Positions 16,124 through 20,590 of a stretch of 20,590 bases of DNA are shown here, one piece after another (within the stretch, counting starts at the first letter, position 1; every line of letters begins with the position of its first letter). The stretch is from positions 1-20,590 of the forward strand of contig JBKCUU010000097.1 in NCBI GenBank assembly GCA_046318155.1, given 5' to 3'. The notes below the pieces were generated by a model. It worked only from the letters and a program-made list of their open reading frames with translations. It was not told the DNA's origin and ran no database searches. The position numbers were made by a program, and so were the translations under genes. The DNA comes from Bdellovibrio sp. (GTDB taxonomy: Bacteria; Bdellovibrionota; Bdellovibrionia; Bdellovibrionales; Bdellovibrionaceae).

Positions 16124-16957
16124 TTAACCGATCAATTTCATAGCCAATTGCGGTTGCATATTAGCTTGTGCGAGAGTCGACGTCGAAGCATTCAGCAAGA
16201 CACTGTTGCGCGCCATTTCTGCTGAGCTCGCCGCGATGTCAGCGTCACGGATGCGTGAGTTCGCTGCTGCCAAGTTCTCGTGCTGGACGCCCAAGTTTTC
16301 AACTGTTGATTGAAAGCGATTTTGCAAGGCACCGATGTTGGCGCGAAAGCTGGCAACTTTGGACTGAGCGTCATCCACCAAAGACAAAGCTTCATGCGCT
16401 CCTTCTTTAGATCCAAAGTCCACTGAACCAACTCCGAGTTCATCAAGCGTTGCATTCAAAGTCGAAGAGTCAAACGAGATGCGATCTTCTCCTTTATTGT
16501 TATTGATACCAACTTGGATTTCGAATTCTTTACCCGTACCATCCAAAAGACTTTGAGTGCCGAATCGTGTGGTTTTTGCGATTCGTTCCATTTCTGATTT
16601 TAATTGCTGAACTTCCACGTTAAGATAGCTTCGCTCTTTATCGCCAAGTGTATCAGAAGCGGACTGGACACCAAGTTCACGCATACGAGTTAAGATATTC
16701 GAGATTTCGCCGAGCCCACCCTCTGCGACCTGGACCATGGAGATCCCGTCATTCGCATTGCGTGAAGCTTGCGCGTAACTTCTAATTTGAGATTTTAAAT
16801 TTTCAGAGATACCAAGACCAGCGGCATCGTCCGCGGCTTTCGTAATCCGTGAACCAGACGACAACTGAGCCATGCTCTTGCCGATTTCACGTTGTGAAGT
16901 CGACAGAGTTCTCTGTGCATTGATCGAAGCGACGTTCGTAGAAATTCTCATTCCCAT
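16124..16957 (-). CDS. fliC: Flagellin (277 aa, essentially no D2/D3 variable region)
   Basis: MRISTNVASINAQR, LSSGSRITKAADDAAGL, NANDGISMVQVAEGGL, RANIGALQNR, SRIRDAD. Start ATG 16957 with GGAGGT RBS. Confidence 0.98.
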   Translation of the reverse strand: MGMRISTNVASINAQRTLSTSQREIGKSMAQLSSGSRITKAADDAAGLGISENLKSQIRSYAQASRNANDGISMVQVAEGGLGEISNILTRMRELGVQSASDTLGDKERSYLNVEVQQLKSEMERIAKTTRFGTQSLLDGTGKEFEIQVGINNNKGEDRISFDSSTLNATLDELGVGSVDFGSKEGAHEALSLVDDAQSKVASFRANIGALQNRFQSTVENLGVQHENLAAANSRIRDADIAASSAEMARNSVLLNASTSTLAQANMQPQLAMKLIG

Positions 16958-17031
16958 AGGGACCTCCAGGTTTTGCATCATCGTGGCGCTACACAGCGAA
17001 CGGAAGAAACCTACTCTTCTCAGTGCCGGTC

Positions 17032-17048
17032 GCAGCATTCCTTGCCGC
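17032..17048 (-). promoter_or_regulatory. Candidate CsrA-binding hairpin in flagellin leader
   Basis: GCGGCA-AGGAA-UGCUGC stem-loop with GGA in the loop; a second ACC-UGGA-GGU mini-hairpin overlaps the SD (16962-16971). Confidence 0.55.
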
Positions 17049-17184
17049 TGGGTTTAGTTAACACACGTTGTAGACTGTTCCCTTTTGCCTTGTAGATCTG
17101 GTAGCGATCCCTCAGTTAGCTGTCACACCTTCTGAAGTCTCTCGATCTGCTTAGCGTCCAGGACCGATCAACAATCTGGCTAGC

Positions 17185-17211
17185 TCATCGGCGAGGTCTT
17201 GCGAGGCTTGA
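17185..17211 (-). promoter_or_regulatory. Sigma28 (FliA) promoter of flagellin
   Basis: TCAA-N15-GCCGATGA matches TAAA-N15-GCCGATAA. Confidence 0.8.
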
Positions 17212-17426
17212 GCCTAGTCGAGCGAATCTGGACCATAGGCTAGTAACAACTAGACTTTGGTGTTGAAATAGAGACCTTCGACGGGCGTTTTTCAGGATCA
17301 AAGTCTAGGAAAGATGTTTGTCGAGGCGAGGTCTGCCCCGACTAAGCGAGAGACGACTTGAGTCTGTGCAGACTTATTGCGAGTCGAGGAACCCAATTTC
17401 TCCTCTGAAGATGCAAAATTCTCCTC

Positions 17427-17477
17427 GAGAGAGAGAGAGAGAGAGGGGGAGAGAGAGAGGGGGAGAGAGAGAGGGAG
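17427..17477. repeat. 51-nt polypurine GA microsatellite
   Basis: (GA)9-G4-(GA)5-G4-(GA)5-GGGAG, read directly. Confidence 0.95.
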
Positions 17478-17540
17478 TTCAACCCTGTGACTGAATATGA
17501 TTAGGCAATCCTCTTGATAAGCCGCCCATGGAGAAAACAC

Positions 17541-17872
17541 GTGAAACAAATTCTGTTTTTTTTAAATTGTGACTACTTTAATCGCAGGTCAGGCCTCAGC
17601 CGCGTCGACCGCTGCCACCGCATTACCCGTCGCGGAGTCGCTCCAGCGTACACACCGTTTCTTGGTCTCGTTTACTTACAAGGCCATGATAGGTGGTTAT
17701 GTCACCATGGCAAATAACGCAAAAAGAACAGTCGTTCTTGTTCATCTTTTTGAAGGTGATGCCTCTATTTTCGCGCACGGCCACAAATCGATTTAGCGTC
17801 AATGGTGCTTGAGCAACAAGTGTCAAAGTTGCCACGATCACCATCAAAATCGGTGGCATAAACTCTGCTTAG
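17541..17872 (+). pseudogene. Frameshifted remnant of a secreted protein gene
   Basis: GGAG RBS + GTG gives MKQILFFL. A +1 shift at T8A3 (17556-17566) continues IVTTLIAGQASA|ASTAAT..., forming a canonical signal peptide. Stop at 17796, with further protein-like fragments in another frame to about 17872. Confidence 0.55.
17854..17869 (+). promoter_or_regulatory. Sigma54 promoter of the 701-aa secreted protein
   Basis: TGGCATAAACTCTGCT, GG-N10-GC spacing, 43 nt upstream of ATG 17913, which has an AAGAGGA RBS. Confidence 0.65.
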
Positions 17873-17912
17873 CGTCCTTTAAGATCGATTCTTCACCTAA
17901 AAAGAGGACACA

Positions 17913-20018
17913 ATGACACCAAATTTTGTTTTTTCAGTGCGACCACTCTTAGCTGCAGCGCTCCCCCTTCTTCTGAATGTTGGTTCTGCTTGGGCGCAAT
18001 CCCCGCCGCCTTCGGCCCCACCGCCCGAGATCATCAAAGGTGACTGGCGCTCGGTTCAGATCGTTGATCCCCAATCCTTGCGCGTGACTTGCCAGACCCG
18101 CACCTCGGTGATGTCTCTAGTTCCTGCCGCTCCTGCTCAGCCGATCCCCGTCGCCGGTGAACTTTCTCTCTCCTTCGCTGCAGACGCCAAGAATCTTCCC
18201 GCCCTTCAACTCCGTCTTCCTGCTGAGACCACAAACTCAAGTGTCGCCTTGGTTCGAATCAGCTCGAAAGAAAGCCATTTGATGTTTTTGGTTCGTGCCG
18301 CCACCGATCCTGCTCAGTTCGATGTCTACCAATCAGCCCCGCTGCAGCTGTCGACCGTCCTTGAATTGATCCGAAGCCAGAATACATTGTCGGTCTTCCT
18401 TGATGCCGCCACACCTGTTCCCACTTTGCTTCGCATCTCTTTAAAAGGTTCCTCGGCGAGCCTTGATCAAATGCAAAAATGCGCTGGTAAAAATGCACTT
18501 CTTCCAATGGAGTTTCTCAAAGGTCTAAACACCGCCGTCGATCTCTCAAATGTTTCTTTGAGCGACATCAGCATGGTCGCACTGATAGAAGCAACTGAAA
18601 AAGCGTACTCGGCAAGCCTCGCTGCCGGCGCTGACAACCTGGCTCTGGCCAACTTGAAAAAACAATTTGCGAAACTTTTAAACGAGGAAAAGAACGCACG
18701 TAGCGCCTACAATGAGCTTCAAAAAAACACGGATGACCTGTTCGCAACATTGCAAAACCGTCAAACCAAGCTCAAGTCCTTAACCGATGAAGTTGCAAAG
18801 CTTCAAGCCGACCGTCCTGGGACCGTTGCTCAAATCGAAACTTTAAAACAAATCGAAGTCGAAAAACTCGCGATCTATGAACCTCTTCGCAAACAATTGG
18901 CTCCCCTGGATGCTGAAGTCGAACGTCAAGAAGACCGCGTATCTGATGCCCGTCATGACTTATCGAGCGCACGCCAAGATGTGGCCACAGGCGAAAGTCG
19001 TCTGAGCCAGCTTCGAAGTCGCTTAAGCTCGGCAAGACATGAACTCTCTTCGGATGAATCTCGAGAGCGAAGTCTCGAAAGAGATTTGAACCGCGCGGAA
19101 TGGGAGCTGCGCCGGTACGACATCGACCGGGAGCGCCGTGACTACCTGGACCGCAATTTTAACTACCGCAATGCGATCAATCAGCGCAACTCGGCTCAAT
19201 CGTCACTCCCCAGCGCCCAGTCCAATTTAAGTTCGGCGCAAGGTACGCTGTCATCGTTGCAATCACAGTTGTCATCATGCCAAGCAACGGCAGGTGCTGA
19301 TTGTAGCGCTCTTCAAGGACAAGTGAACAATCAAAGCGGCATCGTACAACAAGCGGCCGCGCAAGTGCAGCAACTGCAAACCACTTTGAACGAAGCCAAC
19401 AACACCATCTCCCAAGAAGAGCGCCAAGCAGATTGGAGCGCACGTTCAGGCCAACAAAACTTGCTACGTCGACGCAATGATATCGCGAACAATCTCTCGC
19501 AAATTCAGCGCAACATCTCAAATCTCGAATCCGAAATCCGCAATATCGATTTCGAAATCCCAAGAACCGAAAGCGACATCCGCAGTGCCGAAGCCCGAGT
19601 CCGCTCAGCTCAAGGTTACCTCGGCGATGCACAAAACAAATTAGCTGCAGCCATCGAGGCGCGCGACAATTTGCGAGGCCAACTCGACTGGGCCCGCATC
19701 CGAGGCGAATACATGACAGCCAAATCAACAAGAGAAACCGCTCAATCCAACTTGGCAAAAGCAGATCAGCGAGTAAAAGAATTGCCGTCATTCATCAAGG
19801 CTCAAACAGACTCGGTCGCCAGCGCCCAAAAACGCTATGACGCCAGCCTCCCCCCAAGAGACGCCGCCCTGAACAAGCTGAATGCCTTGACGGCCCAACT
19901 AGCGGCCTACTACAAAACCGAATCCGAAATTTTAGTCCGTCTAGCGTCAGCCAAAGCGACGTTCGACACCAACCGAACCCAATACCAAGCTCTGTACCAA
20001 GCCCTCAAAGTCCTGTAG
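17913..20018 (+). CDS. Secreted protein: IalB-like N-terminal domain plus very long coiled coil
   Basis: Signal peptide (..LLAAALPLLLNVGSAWA|Q), Pro linker, GDW...TCQ...ISLKGSSASLDQMQKC resembling IalB-family domains, then about 470 residues of heptad-rich helix. Confidence 0.85.
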   Translation: MTPNFVFSVRPLLAAALPLLLNVGSAWAQSPPPSAPPPEIIKGDWRSVQIVDPQSLRVTCQTRTSVMSLVPAAPAQPIPVAGELSLSFAADAKNLPALQLRLPAETTNSSVALVRISSKESHLMFLVRAATDPAQFDVYQSAPLQLSTVLELIRSQNTLSVFLDAATPVPTLLRISLKGSSASLDQMQKCAGKNALLPMEFLKGLNTAVDLSNVSLSDISMVALIEATEKAYSASLAAGADNLALANLKKQFAKLLNEEKNARSAYNELQKNTDDLFATLQNRQTKLKSLTDEVAKLQADRPGTVAQIETLKQIEVEKLAIYEPLRKQLAPLDAEVERQEDRVSDARHDLSSARQDVATGESRLSQLRSRLSSARHELSSDESRERSLERDLNRAEWELRRYDIDRERRDYLDRNFNYRNAINQRNSAQSSLPSAQSNLSSAQGTLSSLQSQLSSCQATAGADCSALQGQVNNQSGIVQQAAAQVQQLQTTLNEANNTISQEERQADWSARSGQQNLLRRRNDIANNLSQIQRNISNLESEIRNIDFEIPRTESDIRSAEARVRSAQGYLGDAQNKLAAAIEARDNLRGQLDWARIRGEYMTAKSTRETAQSNLAKADQRVKELPSFIKAQTDSVASAQKRYDASLPPRDAALNKLNALTAQLAAYYKTESEILVRLASAKATFDTNRTQYQALYQALKVL

Positions 20019-20041
20019 CAAAAAACCAAAGCATCAAATTC

Positions 20042-20073
20042 AAAAAGGCGACACACCCAGTGTCGCCTTTTTT
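20042..20073 (+). terminator. Rho-independent (likely bidirectional) terminator
   Basis: AAAAAGGCGACAC-ACCCA-GTGTCGCCTTTTTT. Confidence 0.9.
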
Positions 20074-20211
20074 ATTTCAAATAAAACAAACGAATCAGAT
20101 TCCAGAGAAAAAGCCCCAGAACCCAGACAAACCCAAGTTTGAAAGTTAAGAAGAGAGTGAGAAGCAAAGAAGGCGGCGAAGCTCGCCGAAAAAAATTCCC
20201 ACCGAGATCGA

Positions 20212-20334
20212 GGAGCTGCGCAGAAGCAGTCAGCTCCAAGGCCGCAGGGCCGGTCGCGACTGAGGCGCCCTACTGAGCGTCGCAGGGAGGGACCGGCCCG
20301 AGAACGCCGGAGATGACCGCGTCTGCGCAGCTCC
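20212..20334. repeat. 123-nt ERIC-like / MITE-like palindromic element
   Basis: 26-nt terminal inverted repeats (23/26 match, first 13 perfect: GGAGCTGCGCAGA); inner stem GGGCCGGTC (20247-20255) / GACCGGCCC (20291-20299). Confidence 0.7.
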
Positions 20335-20336
20335 GG

Positions 20337-20370
20337 AAAAAAAACCCTCGGGACTCTGACGTCCCGAGGG
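20337..20370 (-). terminator. Rho-independent terminator for a minus-strand transcript entering from the right
   Basis: CCCTCGGGAC-GTCAGA-GTCCCGAGGG-TTTTTTTT (perfect 10-bp stem + T8). Confidence 0.88.
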
Positions 20371-20464
20371 CGGGCCTAAGAGCTCATCGGTCTGTGGGCG
20401 ATGACTCCAAATTCGAGTAAAGATCCAGATAGTTGATTCAAGTCAAAAGACCCCTCGTTCTCGG

Positions 20465-20558
20465 ACGACCCCTACCGGGAATTCCGCCCCCCCCCCGGGG
20501 CGTTTCTAAAGCCCGCTGCGCCCCGTCGAGCAGCGGCGCCGTTGCCTGAAGGGGTCGT
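20465..20558. other. GC-rich multi-branched structured element of unknown function
   Basis: Outer stem ACGACCCCT/AGGGGTCGT encloses hairpins CGCCCC/GGGGCG (with C10 run 20487-20496) and CCGCTGC/GCAGCGG. Confidence 0.5.
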
Positions 20559-20590
20559 TTGTTTTAATCAACACACCTGAACAGCTATTA

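Noticed and set aside
16958..17038. 27-aa N-terminal extension of flagellin
   Set aside because: The conserved flagellin N-terminus and GGAGGT RBS support ATG 16957.
17298..17549. 83-aa ORF with SLSLSPSLSL repeat
   Set aside because: The repeat is just the translation of the GA tract; no coding evidence.
17556..17567. Programmed -1 frameshift at T TTA AAT or poly-T phase variation
   Set aside because: The -1 frame hits TGA immediately, and T7/T9/T10 variants all give stops.
19177..19791. 204-aa Cys/Leu/Arg-rich antisense ORF
   Set aside because: Shadow of the codon-biased coiled-coil gene; no recognisable motifs.
20380..20405. Hammerhead-like CCGAUGAG or sigma28 -10 on the minus strand
   Set aside because: No matching GAAA core stem and no -35 element at the right spacing.
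20465..20558. c-di-GMP-I riboswitch or tRNA
   Set aside because: Lacks the GGCAAA/GNRA/GCAAAG core and tRNA D/T-loop motifs; kept only as an unknown structure.
1..20590. CRISPR array, IS/transposase, prophage or defence genes
   Set aside because: No regularly spaced direct repeats or recognisable motifs for these in any ORF.

Overview
Flagellar-locus window, most likely from a Bdellovibrionota (Bdellovibrio-like) bacterium. This taxonomy is inferred from the short 277-aa flagellin starting MGMRISTN and from the gene order. The minus strand carries sigma28-driven flagellin, flaG-like, fliD, fliS and fliT-like genes, then a terminator and a monoheme c-type cytochrome lipoprotein. A tightly coupled 12-gene run follows behind a near-consensus sigma54 promoter: TPR protein, stand-alone Maf-N-like Rossmann protein, GT9 glycosyltransferase, 60-aa peptide, second GT9, helical 'ADxLEY' protein, sensor kinase, single-domain response regulator, degenerate PilZ protein, rsmD, coaD and aspartate aminotransferase. 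A TM-anchored DUF2802 (FipA-like) gene ends the minus-strand run. The plus strand carries a frameshifted secreted-protein remnant and a sigma54-driven 701-aa secreted protein with an IalB-like head and a long, apparently hairpin coiled coil. The non-coding DNA contains a 51-nt pure-purine tract, an ERIC-like 123-nt palindrome and a structured 3' region. The best candidate for an undescribed system is the TPR/Maf-N/2xGT9/helical module, read as a 'split' multi-subunit flagellin (or flagellar sheath) glycosylation machine coupled to its own two-component/PilZ module. All family calls come from motif recognition by eye; no database searches were run.
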